Assembly: GCA_018710915.1 (NCBI GenBank)
Contig: DVIY01000014.1
Location: 1-51,980, forward strand
Source: Candidatus Gallacutalibacter pullistercoris
GTDB taxonomy: Bacteria > Bacillota > Clostridia > Oscillospirales > Acutalibacteraceae
DNA length: 51,980 nt
Direction: 5' to 3'
In this document: in pieces, positions 1-9,552 of the stretch
Position numbering within the stretch: position 1 is the stretch's first letter
How the letters are laid out: each line of letters starts with the position of its first letter
Notes under the pieces: model-generated
The model's input: the letters and a program-made list of their open reading frames with translations, nothing else
What the model was told of the DNA's origin: nothing
Databases searched by the model: none
Translations under genes and position numbers: made by a program

Positions 1-2002
1 AGATAATCACCTCATCCACACGGCTCAAAAACTCTGGCCGCAGGAACTCGGAAAGAGCCTTCATTGCCTTTTCGCGGCTGACATCTGCCTGGCTGCGGTT
101 AAAGCCCATTGCAGACTCTTTCTTTTCGCTGCCAGCATTGGAAGTCATCACGATGACAGTGTTTTCAAAGTTGACATTCCGGCCATGAGCATCTGTAATA
201 TGTCCTTCATCCAGAATCTGAAGGAGGATATTCATCACATCGGGATGTGCTTTCTCAATTTCATCGAACAGCAGGACAGAATATGGGCGGCGGCGAACTT
301 TCTCAGTGACCTGGCCAGCCTCATCATACCCTACATATCCGGGAGGCGAACCGATAATACGGCTAACAGAATGTTTCTCCATGAACTCCGACATATCCAG
401 ACGGATGAGGGTTTCCGGCGTATCAAACAGCTCTTTTGAGAGCACCTTGACCAGCTCCGTTTTTCCTACACCCGTTGGGCCAACAAAGATAAAGGAAGCC
501 GGGCGGCGGCGCGGGCTGATCTGTACACGGCTGCGGCGGATTGCAGCTGACAGCGCATCTACCGCTTCTTTCTGCCCAATCACGTGTGCGCTAAGGCGCT
601 CTTCCAGATTTGCCAGCTTCTTCAGCTCGCTTTCCTGCACACGGCTGGCAGGAATCCCGGTCCAAAGCTCGATTACTTTGGCTAGATCCTCCTCTTCGAC
701 CTGTGCGGCCTGCGCTGCGGGAGCAAGTTCTTCTGCCTGCTTCTCCATCCGGGCAATTTCATACCGGGTCTCAGCCAGTTTTTCATAATCCGGCTCTACC
801 CCATCTGCAGTCAGGGCTTCTTCCTGCTCGCGCATCTTTTCCAGCTGGAACATCACTGTATCATATTCAGCCATGGGCAGGTTGCGCAAAGCAGCACAGG
901 CACATGCCTCATCCAGCAGGTCAATCGCTTTATCCGGCAGGAACCGGTCATTAATATACCGTTCCGCCAACACAGCCGTACGATGTACAATCAAAGGGGA
1001 AACCTGTACACGGTGGTATTTTTCGTAATACTCCTTGATTCCATTGAGCATCTCTTCGGTATCTTTCAAAGAAGGCTCAGCCACGGTAACCGGCTGGAAA
1101 CGGCGCTCCAAAGCGGCGTCCTTTTCGATATATTTGCGGTATTCCGCAAAGGTAGTAGCGCCAATCACCTGAATTTCTCCGCGAGAAAGGGCAGGCTTCA
1201 GAATATTGGCAGCATTCATGGAGCCTTCTGCATCACCGGTACCCACCAGGTTGTGCACCTCATCAATAAACAGGATGATATTACCGTCGGCTTTTACTTC
1301 ATCTACCAGTCCTTTGATGCGGCTCTCAAACTGGCCGCGAAATTGTGTCCCTGCCACCAAAGCTGTCAAATCCAGCAGCTGAATCTCTTTCTTTTTCAGC
1401 CGTGCCGGAACATTTCCAGCAGCAATACGCTGGGCGAGTCCTTCTGCGATGGCAGTCTTACCAACACCGGGTTCCCCGATCAAGCAGGGGTTATTCTTGG
1501 TGCGCCGGGACAAAATCTGAATAACGCGGTCAATCTCCCGCTCACGGCCAATAATGGCATCCAGCTCACCGCCCCGAGCGCGGGCTGTCAAGTCTGTACA
1601 ATATGCAGAAATATGCTTGCGCTTATTCTTTTTGGGTGCCTTTTTATCGCGTTCTGCTGATTTGGGGGCCGCCGGATTTTCCTGCGCAGGGTTTTGCCCC
1701 ATTCCGGGAAAAATATTCTGCAAAAAGGAGGGGAAGGTAGCAGCTCCGCCAGGAGTAAATGCATCATCGCCTTCCTCGCCGTTATTCATATCATCTTCCA
1801 TCGCCATCAGGCTGTTCATTTCTTCCGTCATGGCTTCCAGCTGATCTTCGGTAATGCCCATTTTTTCCATCAGATCATTCACCGGCTTAATTCCCAGCTC
1901 TTTGGCACACACCAGACAAAGCCCTTGGCTGTTGGCTGTATCCATTGACTGTGAAATAAAAACAACTGCCGGACGCTTATGACATCTTGAACACATTAAC
2001 AT
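1..2002 (-). CDS. clpE: Clp/Hsp100 AAA+ ATPase, ClpE-type (N-terminal zinc finger plus two AAA+ modules). The C-terminus runs off the window start.
   Basis: Hand translation of the minus strand from ATG at 2002. It is missing from the ORF track because it is open at the window edge. Sequence reads [15 protein letters not shown]...[12 protein letters not shown] (CxxC-x21-CxxC), D1 Walker [17 protein letters not shown]2 Walker [13 protein letters not shown], then [25 protein letters not shown]. Confidence 0.75.
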   Translation of the reverse strand, partial: MLMCSRCHKRPAVVFISQSMDTANSQGLCLVCAKELGIKPVNDLMEKMGITEDQLEAMTEEMNSLMAMEDDMNNGEEGDDAFTPGGAATFPSFLQNIFPGMGQNPAQENPAAPKSAERDKKAPKKNKRKHISAYCTDLTARARGGELDAIIGREREIDRVIQILSRRTKNNPCLIGEPGVGKTAIAEGLAQRIAAGNVPARLKKKEIQLLDLTALVAGTQFRGQFESRIKGLVDEVKADGNIILFIDEVHNLVGTGDAEGSMNAANILKPALSRGEIQVIGATTFAEYRKYIEKDAALERRFQPVTVAEPSLKDTEEMLNGIKEYYEKYHRVQVSPLIVHRTAVLAERYINDRFLPDKAIDLLDEACACAALRNLPMAEYDTVMFQLEKMREQEEALTADGVEPDYEKLAETRYEIARMEKQAEELAPAAQAAQVEEEDLAKVIELWTGIPASRVQESELKKLANLEERLSAHVIGQKEAVDALSAAIRRSRVQISPRRRPASFIFVGPTGVGKTELVKVLSKELFDTPETLIRLDMSEFMEKHSVSRIIGSPPGYVGYDEAGQVTEKVRRRPYSVLLFDEIEKAHPDVMNILLQILDEGHITDAHGRNVNFENTVIVMTSNAGSEKKESAMGFNRSQADVSREKAMKALSEFLRPEFLSRVDEVII

Positions 2003-2043
2003 ACCGGTTTCCATTCTCTGCCGCCGCAGGCAGAATTCCCACA

Positions 2044-2080
2044 AGAGCTGCCCTGCGGCTGGATTGGGCAGCTCTTTTTT
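2044..2080. terminator. Terminator-like hairpin between the phosphatidyltransferase gene and clpE
   Basis: 10-bp stem agagctgccc/gggcagctct with a 12-nt loop. A T6 run follows on the plus strand and an A6 run precedes it. On the minus strand, where both neighbours are transcribed, the U-tract is poor. Confidence 0.35.
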
Positions 2081-2100
2081 AAATAGCAGTGGAGAATTGA

Positions 2101-2748
2101 TTATTTACTATTTGGGGAGACTTCCCCTTTTTTCGCCTTAATTTCCTTGTTAAAATCCAATTTATCCTTTGGGTCATCTGAATGAAGCAGGTTCCAGAAA
2201 ATCAGAAAATAGCGCACCATAGCATACAGCATAAAGAGCGCCGTCATTCCCAGGAGGATATATGCAGCAAGCAGCGATGCAGGAGAATGCATTTGAAATA
2301 CATCCTGTAATACCACTACGACTGCTGAAATATAAAACATAACGGTCCCTACTTTTCCATACCATTTGGCGGCACAAGGACGTTTTTTCTTTTTCAGCAA
2401 AATACATCCGCCGATAAGCATCCCCAATTCCTTAAAGACAAACACCAGCAAAACGGGAATTAGAAGGGGATGTTTGACAGCCAGACAAATGGCAATGGTC
2501 CCCTGTGTCAATTTATCGGCCAATGGATCGAGCATTTTGCCAAGCTCTGTAATCTGATTGAATTTTCGGGCAATCATCCCGTCAAACATATCACTCAGTC
2601 CTGAAAAAGCCAGCATCAATACTGCCCATAACAAATTATCATGCAAAAAGAAATAAACAAACGGACCTATCACCAGGATCCGCAATACCGATAACAGATT
2701 GGGAACTGTCCAATTCTGATTCCGGCTTTTAGGGGTTTGTTGATTCAC
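2101..2748 (-). CDS. CDP-alcohol phosphatidyltransferase family protein (PgsA-like)
   Basis: 215-aa ORF with the family motif D-x2-D-G-x2-A-R-x8-G-x3-D-x3-D (SDMFDGMIARKFNQITELGKMLDPLADKL) and multiple TM segments. Confidence 0.8.
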   Translation of the reverse strand: MNQQTPKSRNQNWTVPNLLSVLRILVIGPFVYFFLHDNLLWAVLMLAFSGLSDMFDGMIARKFNQITELGKMLDPLADKLTQGTIAICLAVKHPLLIPVLLVFVFKELGMLIGGCILLKKKKRPCAAKWYGKVGTVMFYISAVVVVLQDVFQMHSPASLLAAYILLGMTALFMLYAMVRYFLIFWNLLHSDDPKDKLDFNKEIKAKKGEVSPNSK

Positions 2749-2791
2749 TTACAATCTCTTCTTTCATAATCATAACATTTCCTTTTTCCTG

Positions 2792-3478
2792 TCAGGCTGC
2801 AAAAGTGATAATCGAATTCACCGTAAATTGATAAATTTGAGAATTGCCTGCCGCTACACGGATTTCCTGAGAAGAAAAAGGTTCCGTAAGATACAGGCAG
2901 AAACAAATCAGAAAAATAATCAACACGGCTTCTACAGCTCCCAATACAGCCCCCAGCCCTTTATCCAACTGATGAAGGACCGGCAAACGGCAAACACCTG
3001 ACACCAGCTTTGCAATGATTTTTATCACGATTATAAAAACCACAAACAAAACCAGCGAAAGCACTGAACGCATCAGTGAAATAACCACCGGCGCCATCAA
3101 TTCCACTGCGGCAGCAGCCGCTGAAGAGTTGCTTTCTTCCAAGGTCTGCCGCAAAGAATCCAGCGTAATTCCACAAGCTTCCAGTGCACCCTGCAAAAAA
3201 GATGGGATGGAGGTAAAGATTGCTTCCGCCGTATCTTCTGTTGAAGAAGCCTGCAGTGCCCCGCTGAGCTGCTCTGTCATGGCAGTGCGAACCATATACT
3301 GGAAAATCCATTCAGAGAGCATCCCTGCTATCCACATAGCTGCCGCCAATGCCACAATGGTTCCAAACAAATTGATAACCGAACGGCAAAACCCCCGATG
3401 AGCCCCCAGAAAAATTCCCAACAGCAATAGCACAAACAACAGAATGTCCAGTATCAAACTATCTTCCCCTCTTTTCAT
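2792..3478 (-). CDS. cvpA: CvpA family membrane protein
   Basis: The ORF is 2792-3511. The likely start is the internal ATG at 3478 (MKRGEDSLILDILLFVLLLLGIFLGAHRGF), a typical CvpA N-terminus. Four or more TM helices. Confidence 0.65.
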   Translation of the reverse strand: MKRGEDSLILDILLFVLLLLGIFLGAHRGFCRSVINLFGTIVALAAAMWIAGMLSEWIFQYMVRTAMTEQLSGALQASSTEDTAEAIFTSIPSFLQGALEACGITLDSLRQTLEESNSSAAAAAVELMAPVVISLMRSVLSLVLFVVFIIVIKIIAKLVSGVCRLPVLHQLDKGLGAVLGAVEAVLIIFLICFCLYLTEPFSSQEIRVAAGNSQIYQFTVNSIITFAA

Positions 3479-3606
3479 GTCGGTATTCCCACCCCTATAC
3501 AGGATTCCCATACAGGGTGTGCAGTGATATTACTATAGCATAAATCCACATCATCCGACAAGCACAGTTATTTCTGAATCTTAAATTTTCTGTTAACTCG
3601 TCTGTA

Positions 3607-4866
3607 TTATTCCTGCTTTTCATCGCTATGTGTGAAACCCGACTGCCGTATCTCGCTCACTCCAAGCAAATAAACACTGCTTTCATTTTGCAGGGCAATT
3701 TCGCGTGCATCTGCGCCTGCACTGCAGCTTCCAAGAAATTCTCCGGTTCCGGAAGAATATGCCTGCACACTTCCTCCCGCCAAACACGCCAGTGTTTCTC
3801 CATACATGGAGACTGACTTAACCGAACTCTCAATTTCGACCTGCGTAACAGCTTCCGGAGAGCTCCGGAATTCTTTCAGGGTACAGGCTCCTGAAACAGC
3901 ATAACTGGAAAGAGAGAGCAATACCCGGCTTCCATCTATTGCAAAAGCAGTCAACTGCTGACCATTGTAATCAAATTCCTTTGTGGAACCATCATTGGAA
4001 TTGAGCCAGATTGTTTTTCGGTCACCTACTGCACAAATTGTTCCGTCACTTCCCCAGGCAGACTTCAAAATCATTGTGTCCTCGCTGACAATGGTGTATA
4101 CCGGCTTTTCCTCGTTAAAGTCAAAGATGTACATCATAGAAACCAGACCGCCGTCTTTTGTCATCACACCAGCGGCAAATCCCTTTGTCCCAGAAGAATT
4201 CAGGGTTACAGAAGTAATGTAGGTCTGGCTGAAATCATATTCATACTGTACCGAACCATCTTTCAGATATACCGTTAACCGGCAGGCATAATCTTCTGAC
4301 TGTGTAACCAATGCAAAACGGCCATCAGAAGCAATTGTACCCGTTAAAATTTTATTTTCAGTTTCGCTTTTCAGCACATTGCGTGTATGTGTTTCAATTT
4401 GATAACTGCTCCCCCCAATACTGTATACCAGATATTTTCCTCCAGCATGCACCACCGCAGGCTGGCTGCAGGAATGTTGTACAGACATGGTTTCTTTTCC
4501 AGTGGAATTCCATGCCAGCAGGGAGGTGTTGCTGACTACCACTGCTTCCTGGTCTACAGAAAGGAAATTCCCTTTTTCCGTTTCTCCGCCAGGTACCGAT
4601 ACAGGATACCCATCTCCAATTCCCATTCCTACAACGCGTGTCTGCACCCAGTCAGAAATATTTTCTACCGTAAGATTTTCCCGATTGAACCACCACACCA
4701 AAATCAGCACAGCCAATAACAAAATAAGGCTGACCCGGTAGACCCATTTGGGAACCAGTGAGGTTTTATTGCCCGCTTTTCCCTTTTTCCTGTTTTTTAT
4801 AAGAGTAATTTCTTCGTCATCTTCGTGTTCCTGAAACGAGAAAAAACGACGTCCTTTTTTTTCCAC
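3607..4866 (-). CDS. Hypothetical membrane-anchored protein: charged N-terminus, one TM helix, large beta-rich extracytoplasmic domain. It resembles Clostridial DUF5711-type proteins, recalled from memory only.
   Basis: 422-aa ORF at 3607-4875. The GTG at 4866 has better spacing to the GGGAGG Shine-Dalgarno. TM segment VYRVSLILLLAVLILVWWF, then repeated Ser/Gly/Thr-rich beta-like segments and no catalytic motif. Confidence 0.55.
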   Translation of the reverse strand: MEKKGRRFFSFQEHEDDEEITLIKNRKKGKAGNKTSLVPKWVYRVSLILLLAVLILVWWFNRENLTVENISDWVQTRVVGMGIGDGYPVSVPGGETEKGNFLSVDQEAVVVSNTSLLAWNSTGKETMSVQHSCSQPAVVHAGGKYLVYSIGGSSYQIETHTRNVLKSETENKILTGTIASDGRFALVTQSEDYACRLTVYLKDGSVQYEYDFSQTYITSVTLNSSGTKGFAAGVMTKDGGLVSMMYIFDFNEEKPVYTIVSEDTMILKSAWGSDGTICAVGDRKTIWLNSNDGSTKEFDYNGQQLTAFAIDGSRVLLSLSSYAVSGACTLKEFRSSPEAVTQVEIESSVKSVSMYGETLACLAGGSVQAYSSGTGEFLGSCSAGADAREIALQNESSVYLLGVSEIRQSGFTHSDEKQE

Positions 4867-4908
4867 TGCATCCACCTCCCTAAAATATTTCCAATTTGTT
4901 TATTTCAA

Positions 4909-5691
4909 TCAAATATTACTATAAGTATTGATATTTGATAAATCAACATTTTGATAGAAAACCTGATTTAAACAAAGTCCGCAAGCTGGAGCCGTGGGGC
5001 CGGCCTGGTTGCGGTCCAGCGCCGCCAGAATTTTCGGCATATCCTCCGGCTGGAACCTCCCCTGCGCTACACGCAGCATGGTGCCCACCAGAATCCGCAC
5101 CATATTATAGAGGAAACCGTCCGCCGCCACCCGATAGGTGACCAGGTCCCCTTCCCGGCTCCATTCCGACCTGGTAATAGTGCGAACCATGTCGCCCCGT
5201 TCCCGGCTGTCGATGGTACAGAAGGAAGTAAAATCATGGCTTCCCAAAAAATAAGCCGCCGCCCGGTTGAGCTTTTCCAAATCCAGCGGATACCAGTAAT
5301 GCAGGGCCCTGTCCCGCAAAAAGGGCGAGCGCACCGGATGATTCCAGATAGAATAAACATATTCTTTTCCCTGACAGGAATACCGTGCATGGAAGTCCAT
5401 GGGAACCTCCCGGCAGTCCAGTACCGCCATATCCGGCGGCAAAAAGTGGTTCAGCGCCCCCTGTAACCGTTGGCAGGGAATCGCGTTTTCCAATTGCATG
5501 CTGATGCAAAACTGCCGGGCGTGGACGCCGGTATCCGTGCGGCTGCACCCTTTCAGGGAAGGGTGTTCCGAAAGGATTTTATACAAAGCCTCCTGAAAGA
5601 CCTGCTGGACAGAAACAGCGTTCTGCTGCACCTGCCAGCCGTGGTATCCGGAGCCGTCATAGCAAAGGGTAATGAGTACGTTGCGGGACAT
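4909..5691 (-). CDS. truA: tRNA pseudouridine(38-40) synthase TruA
   Basis: MSRNVLITLCYDGSGYHGWQVQ ... GCSRTDTGVHA (catalytic Asp motif). ATG at 5691 is preceded by AGGAG. The ORF track extends it to 5751. Confidence 0.9.
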   Translation of the reverse strand: MSRNVLITLCYDGSGYHGWQVQQNAVSVQQVFQEALYKILSEHPSLKGCSRTDTGVHARQFCISMQLENAIPCQRLQGALNHFLPPDMAVLDCREVPMDFHARYSCQGKEYVYSIWNHPVRSPFLRDRALHYWYPLDLEKLNRAAAYFLGSHDFTSFCTIDSRERGDMVRTITRSEWSREGDLVTYRVAADGFLYNMVRILVGTMLRVAQGRFQPEDMPKILAALDRNQAGPTAPACGLCLNQVFYQNVDLSNINTYSNI

Positions 5692-5777
5692 GAAATTCTC
5701 CTTTCGGAAAAAATTGAAAACGATGCGGGTATGAAAACCACAGACGGCCAATGGCCGCCCCTACGAAAATATTGGAA

Positions 5778-6590
5778 TTATGCCAGCGCAGGCAGGAAAA
5801 TATCCCCCACTACCACACCGGATGCCACCAGAACCACCACAATGACAGCCACTGCATCCCGTCCGGTCATGTGCAGCTGTTTCATTTTGGTTGGGGTCAT
5901 CCGGCTGTTATAACACCGGCACTCCATGGCCATGGCCAGGTCATAGGCCCGGCGGAAAGCCGACACGAACAGCGGAATCAAAATGGGAATCAGCGCCTTA
6001 ATACGCTGCATCAGCCCGCCGCTCTCCATATCCGCGCCTCTCGCCTTCTGGGCGCTCATAATTTTGTCGGTTTCTTCCAGCAGCGTGGGCACAAAACGCA
6101 ATGCAATCGTCATCATCATGGCGATATCATGTACCGGCACCCGGAAAAGCTTCAGGGGTTTCATCAGCCGCTCCATGGCGTCGGTGAGCTGGGTGGGCGA
6201 GGTGGTAAACGTCAAAATGGAGCTGCACAGAATCAGCGCCGTAATGCGGATGGCGATAAAGATGCAGCGGTAAATACCGTTCATAGTAATCTGCATAAAG
6301 CCCCACTGTACAATTGGTTCACCGGTCCCATAAAACAGGTTCAAAAGGGAGGTAAAGGCCACAATAAACAGAATCGCCTTCATGCTCTTCAGGTACATTT
6401 TCACCGGTACACCGGAGAGCAGCATGGCGGCCAAAATCAGCGCCACCACCAGCCCCATGGAGGCAAAGTTAAAGGCGGTAAAAATCAGAACAATTGCCGC
6501 CAGCACCAGCACCATTTTTGCACGAGGATCCATCCGGTGAAGAATCGAGCGTCCAGGGAAATACTGGCCTAAGGTAATATCACTGAGCAT
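5778..6590 (-). CDS. ecfT: ECF transporter transmembrane component EcfT
   Basis: 270-aa polytopic protein starting MLSDITLGQYFPGRSILHRMDPRAK, with the conserved ARG motif region (SAQKARGAD). It overlaps the end of ecfA2 and sits in ecfA-ecfA-ecfT order. Confidence 0.9.
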   Translation of the reverse strand: MLSDITLGQYFPGRSILHRMDPRAKMVLVLAAIVLIFTAFNFASMGLVVALILAAMLLSGVPVKMYLKSMKAILFIVAFTSLLNLFYGTGEPIVQWGFMQITMNGIYRCIFIAIRITALILCSSILTFTTSPTQLTDAMERLMKPLKLFRVPVHDIAMMMTIALRFVPTLLEETDKIMSAQKARGADMESGGLMQRIKALIPILIPLFVSAFRRAYDLAMAMECRCYNSRMTPTKMKQLHMTGRDAVAVIVVVLVASGVVVGDIFLPALA

Positions 6591-7458
6591 CTTCGTACGC
6601 CTCCTTCTTTCTCACCAGCGGGAGCAGTTCTTTAATTGCCTGTTCCAGCGTCAGCACACCGGAGGGAACCGGGCAGCCCATGGCCTGCAAGCGGGTCATA
6701 ATAGCTGTTACCTGCGGCACCCGCAGTCCCATGGTTTCCAATTCGGCGCTTCTTGCAAATACATTGGGGGTGGTGTCGAACATGGCGGCCTTGCCCTTGT
6801 TCATTACCAGCACCCGGTCTGCGGTACGGGCAATGTCCTCCATACTGTGGGAAACCAGCAGCACGGTGTTTTTCCGATGCTGGTGATAGCTGCCAATCTG
6901 CGCCAGCAGCACATCCCGGCCTTTGGGGTCCAGACCGGCGGCGGGCTCATCCAGCACCAGCACGTCCGGGTCCATGGCGATGACACCCGCAATGGCTACC
7001 CGGCGCTTTTCGCCGCCAGACAGCTCAAAGGGGGATTTTTCCCACAAAGAGGGTTTAAGGCCGGTAAACTCCGCAGCTTCCTTCGCCTTTTCCATGGCTT
7101 CTTCGTCGGAAAGCCCCTTATTTTTGGGGCCGAAAGCGATGTCTTTCAGCACGGTTTCCTCAAAAAGCTGGTATTCCGGATACTGGAACACCATACCCAC
7201 CTGAAAGCGTACTGCACGGATTTTCTTGGGCTCTGCCCAGATATCCTTGCCGTGAAGGAGAATTTTACCGGAAGTGGGGCGCAGCAGACCGTTCAGCTGC
7301 TGGATGAGGGTAGATTTTCCGCTGCCGGTGTGGCCGATGACACCCACAAACTCGCCTTCTTCAATGGCGATATTCACATGGTCCACAGCCGTGCGGGCAA
7401 AAGGGGAGCCCGGGCTGTAGACATACGTTAAATCCTGTGTTTCCAAAACAGCTGCCAT
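6580..7458 (-). CDS. ecfA2: ECF transporter ATPase EcfA2
   Basis: Walker A GHTGSGKST, signature LSGGEKRR, Walker B LVLDEPAAGLD. ATG at 7458 has an AAAGGAG RBS lying inside the last codons of ecfA1. Confidence 0.9.
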   Translation of the reverse strand: MAAVLETQDLTYVYSPGSPFARTAVDHVNIAIEEGEFVGVIGHTGSGKSTLIQQLNGLLRPTSGKILLHGKDIWAEPKKIRAVRFQVGMVFQYPEYQLFEETVLKDIAFGPKNKGLSDEEAMEKAKEAAEFTGLKPSLWEKSPFELSGGEKRRVAIAGVIAMDPDVLVLDEPAAGLDPKGRDVLLAQIGSYHQHRKNTVLLVSHSMEDIARTADRVLVMNKGKAAMFDTTPNVFARSAELETMGLRVPQVTAIMTRLQAMGCPVPSGVLTLEQAIKELLPLVRKKEAYEDAQ

Positions 7459-7462
7459 GGGC

Positions 7463-8311
7463 TCACTCCTTTCTAATGAGGGCAAAGAGGGCCCCCACGC
7501 ATTCTTCTTCGTTTAAAATCCCGTCGGGAATCCCGCAGCCATAGGAGCGCAGCCGGTAAGCCAGCTCCGTGGCCTGGGGCACGTCCAGATGATGCTGCTT
7601 CAACAGCTCCACCTGAGAAAACACCTCACGGGGGGTGCCTTCGGTGAGGATGTTTCCCTCGTCCATAACAATGACTCGTCCAGCCTGCACAGCTTCATCC
7701 ATATAGTGGGTAATGAGGATAATGGTAATCCCCTTTTCCCGGTTCAGCTTGTGGATGGTCTCCATGACCTCGTCCCGGCCCCGGGGGTCCAGCATAGCGG
7801 TAGGCTCGTCCAGTACAATGCAGTCCGGCTCCATGGCGATGATGCCCGCAATGGCGACCCGCTGTTTCTGCCCGCCGGAAAGCTTATAGGGGGCGTTTTC
7901 CCGGTATTCATACATATCCACGGCTTTCAAAGCCTCGTCCACCCGGCGGCGGATCTCTTTCGGCTCAATGCCCAGATTTTCCGGGCCGAAAGCCACGTCC
8001 TCCTCTACAATACTGGCTACCAGCTGGTTATCTGGATTCTGCTGCACCAGGCCTACACGGCGGCGGACTTCGTAAATGGTTTCCTCGTCGGCAGTATCCA
8101 TGCCCTCTACCGTTACTTTGCCTTCGCCCGGCAGCAGCATCCCGTTAAAAAGCTTGGCCATAGTGGACTTGCCGCAGCCGTTATGGCCAAGCAGCGCCAC
8201 GAATTCCCCTTTTTTAATCTCCAGACTTACGCCGTGCAGAACCTCCCGTGGCAATTCGCCCTCAGCGGGCTCATAGGCAAAACGCACATTGTCTGCTTTG
8301 ATAAATTCCAT
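7463..8311 (-). CDS. ecfA1: ECF transporter ATPase EcfA1
   Basis: Walker [10 protein letters not shown], signature LSGGQKQR, Walker [12 protein letters not shown]. The likely start is ATG 8311 ([13 protein letters not shown]). The ORF track extends it to 8374. Confidence 0.9.
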   Translation of the reverse strand: MEFIKADNVRFAYEPAEGELPREVLHGVSLEIKKGEFVALLGHNGCGKSTMAKLFNGMLLPGEGKVTVEGMDTADEETIYEVRRRVGLVQQNPDNQLVASIVEEDVAFGPENLGIEPKEIRRRVDEALKAVDMYEYRENAPYKLSGGQKQRVAIAGIIAMEPDCIVLDEPTAMLDPRGRDEVMETIHKLNREKGITIILITHYMDEAVQAGRVIVMDEGNILTEGTPREVFSQVELLKQHHLDVPQATELAYRLRSYGCGIPDGILNEEECVGALFALIRKE

Positions 8312-8374
8312 TGGGTCTATGACTCCTTTCGATGTGAAATGCCGTTTTAGGCTTCCAGCTGTCAGAAAATACAT

Positions 8375-8553
8375 AAACGCGGAGGTTTTGCAGGGGGAAT
8401 CCCATAACGTGGGTTCCCCCTCGAAAACTGTCCGCCGGACAGTTTTCTCCCTCTTCCCGCGTTTGGGGAAGTATAAAGTATTCCACTCTCTGCGGAGAGC
8501 GGCCAGGAGCTCCGCGCTCCTGGATCTGCGCCAGAGGGACTAAGCCCCTCTGG
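8375..8553. other. Cluster of GC-rich stem-loops in the 350-bp gene-free segment upstream of ecfA1 (candidate structured leader/ncRNA)
   Basis: Directly visible inverted repeats:
- Closing helix aaacgcgg (8375-8382) / ccgcgttt (8457-8464). It encloses hairpins 8393-8420 (gggggaa..ttccccc) and 8423-8447 (gaaaactgtcc gcc ggacagttttc).
- Competing helix 8453-8471 (cttccc/gggaag).
- Hairpins 8503-8523 (ccaggagc/gctcctgg) and 8531-8553 (ccagaggg/ccctctgg). Confidence 0.4.
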
Positions 8554-8661
8554 ACTCCGTATAGTCACGGGGCAGCAAGTGCAAATTACAGCCTGCTTCC
8601 ACGCGGACTCCTTGACAATCCGGCAGCGTTTTCGGCTTATTCCATCCTGAATCGTATAAAA

Positions 8662-9522
8662 TCAACCTTCAAAAATCGCAGTACTGCCACAGGGGAGCAC
8701 CAGCCCGCTGGCCGTCACCGGCAGGCCGATCTCATCCGACGACACCTTGCCGCCGAACCTGGTTTGCAGCAGCGTCCCCAGCAAATATTCCATCACCGAC
8801 GGGGAAAGCCCCGTAGTATAAGAGTTGAGGATAAAGAACAGGGGCTTTTCCGAGAGGATGGGGATACACTGGCTGACAAGGCTGTACAGCTGCTCCTCCA
8901 GCTTCCAGACCTCCCCTCCCGGGCCTCTGCCGTAAGACGGCGGGTCCATGATAATGCCGTCATAGGTATTGCCCCGGCGCTGCTCCCGCTGGACGAACTT
9001 CATGCAGTCGTCCACCAGCCAGCGTACCGGGCGGTCGGCAATCCCACTGGCCTCGGCGTTTTCTCTGGCCCAGGCCACCATGCCCTTGGAGGCGTCTACA
9101 TGGGTCACATGGGCGCCGGCTTTCATGCAGGCCAGCGTGGCCGCGCCGGTATATCCAAACAGGTTCAAAATCTTCACCGGACGGCCCGTTTCCTCAATCT
9201 TCTTCATGGCAAAATCCCAGTTCACAGCCTGCTCCGGGAAAATGCCTGTATGCTTAAATCCCATGGTTTTCAGCCGGAAAGTAAGGCCTTTATAACCGAT
9301 TTTCCATACCGGAGGCACCGGGCGGTAATTCTGCCACTGGCCGCCGCCGGTATTGGAACGGTGATAGCGGGCATTGGCCTGCCGCCATAAGGGATGCTTT
9401 TTTGGGGTATCCCAGATAATCTGGGGGTCGGGGCGAATCAGAATCACATCGCCCCAGCGCTCCAGCCGTTCCCCGGCGGAGGTGTCCAGCAGTTCATAGT
9501 CCTTCCAATCTGCGGCTCTCAT
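8662..9522 (-). CDS. Class I SAM-dependent methyltransferase (RlmI/COG1092-like rRNA methyltransferase type)
   Basis: 286 aa. SAM-binding fold LNLFGYTGAATLACMKAGAHVTHVDASKGMV and the motif IV-like DGIIMDPPSYGRG. Confidence 0.75.
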   Translation of the reverse strand: MRAADWKDYELLDTSAGERLERWGDVILIRPDPQIIWDTPKKHPLWRQANARYHRSNTGGGQWQNYRPVPPVWKIGYKGLTFRLKTMGFKHTGIFPEQAVNWDFAMKKIEETGRPVKILNLFGYTGAATLACMKAGAHVTHVDASKGMVAWARENAEASGIADRPVRWLVDDCMKFVQREQRRGNTYDGIIMDPPSYGRGPGGEVWKLEEQLYSLVSQCIPILSEKPLFFILNSYTTGLSPSVMEYLLGTLLQTRFGGKVSSDEIGLPVTASGLVLPCGSTAIFEG

Positions 9523-9552
9523 GGTAACATCCTTTCTTTCATCCGGGAAACC

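Noticed and set aside
2044-2080. Strong plus-strand terminator call
   Set aside because: The U-tract is on the plus strand, where no gene ends. On the minus strand it lacks a U-tract. It is kept only as a low-confidence hairpin feature.
8312-8661. Tried to read the structured segment as RNase P RNA, SRP/4.5S RNA, tmRNA, 6S RNA, a T-box, or a c-di-AMP (ydaO) riboswitch
   Set aside because: The expected core motifs are absent:
- No GAGGAAAGUCCGGGC-type P4 sequence.
- No GGUCCGGAAGGAAGCAGC SRP core; only GGAAGCAG is present.
- No tRNA-like end.
- No T-box 14-mer.
- Only a weak GGGGGAACCCA resemblance to ydaO, without the ACCCGUCAGCUAACC-type segment.

It is left as an unclassified structure.
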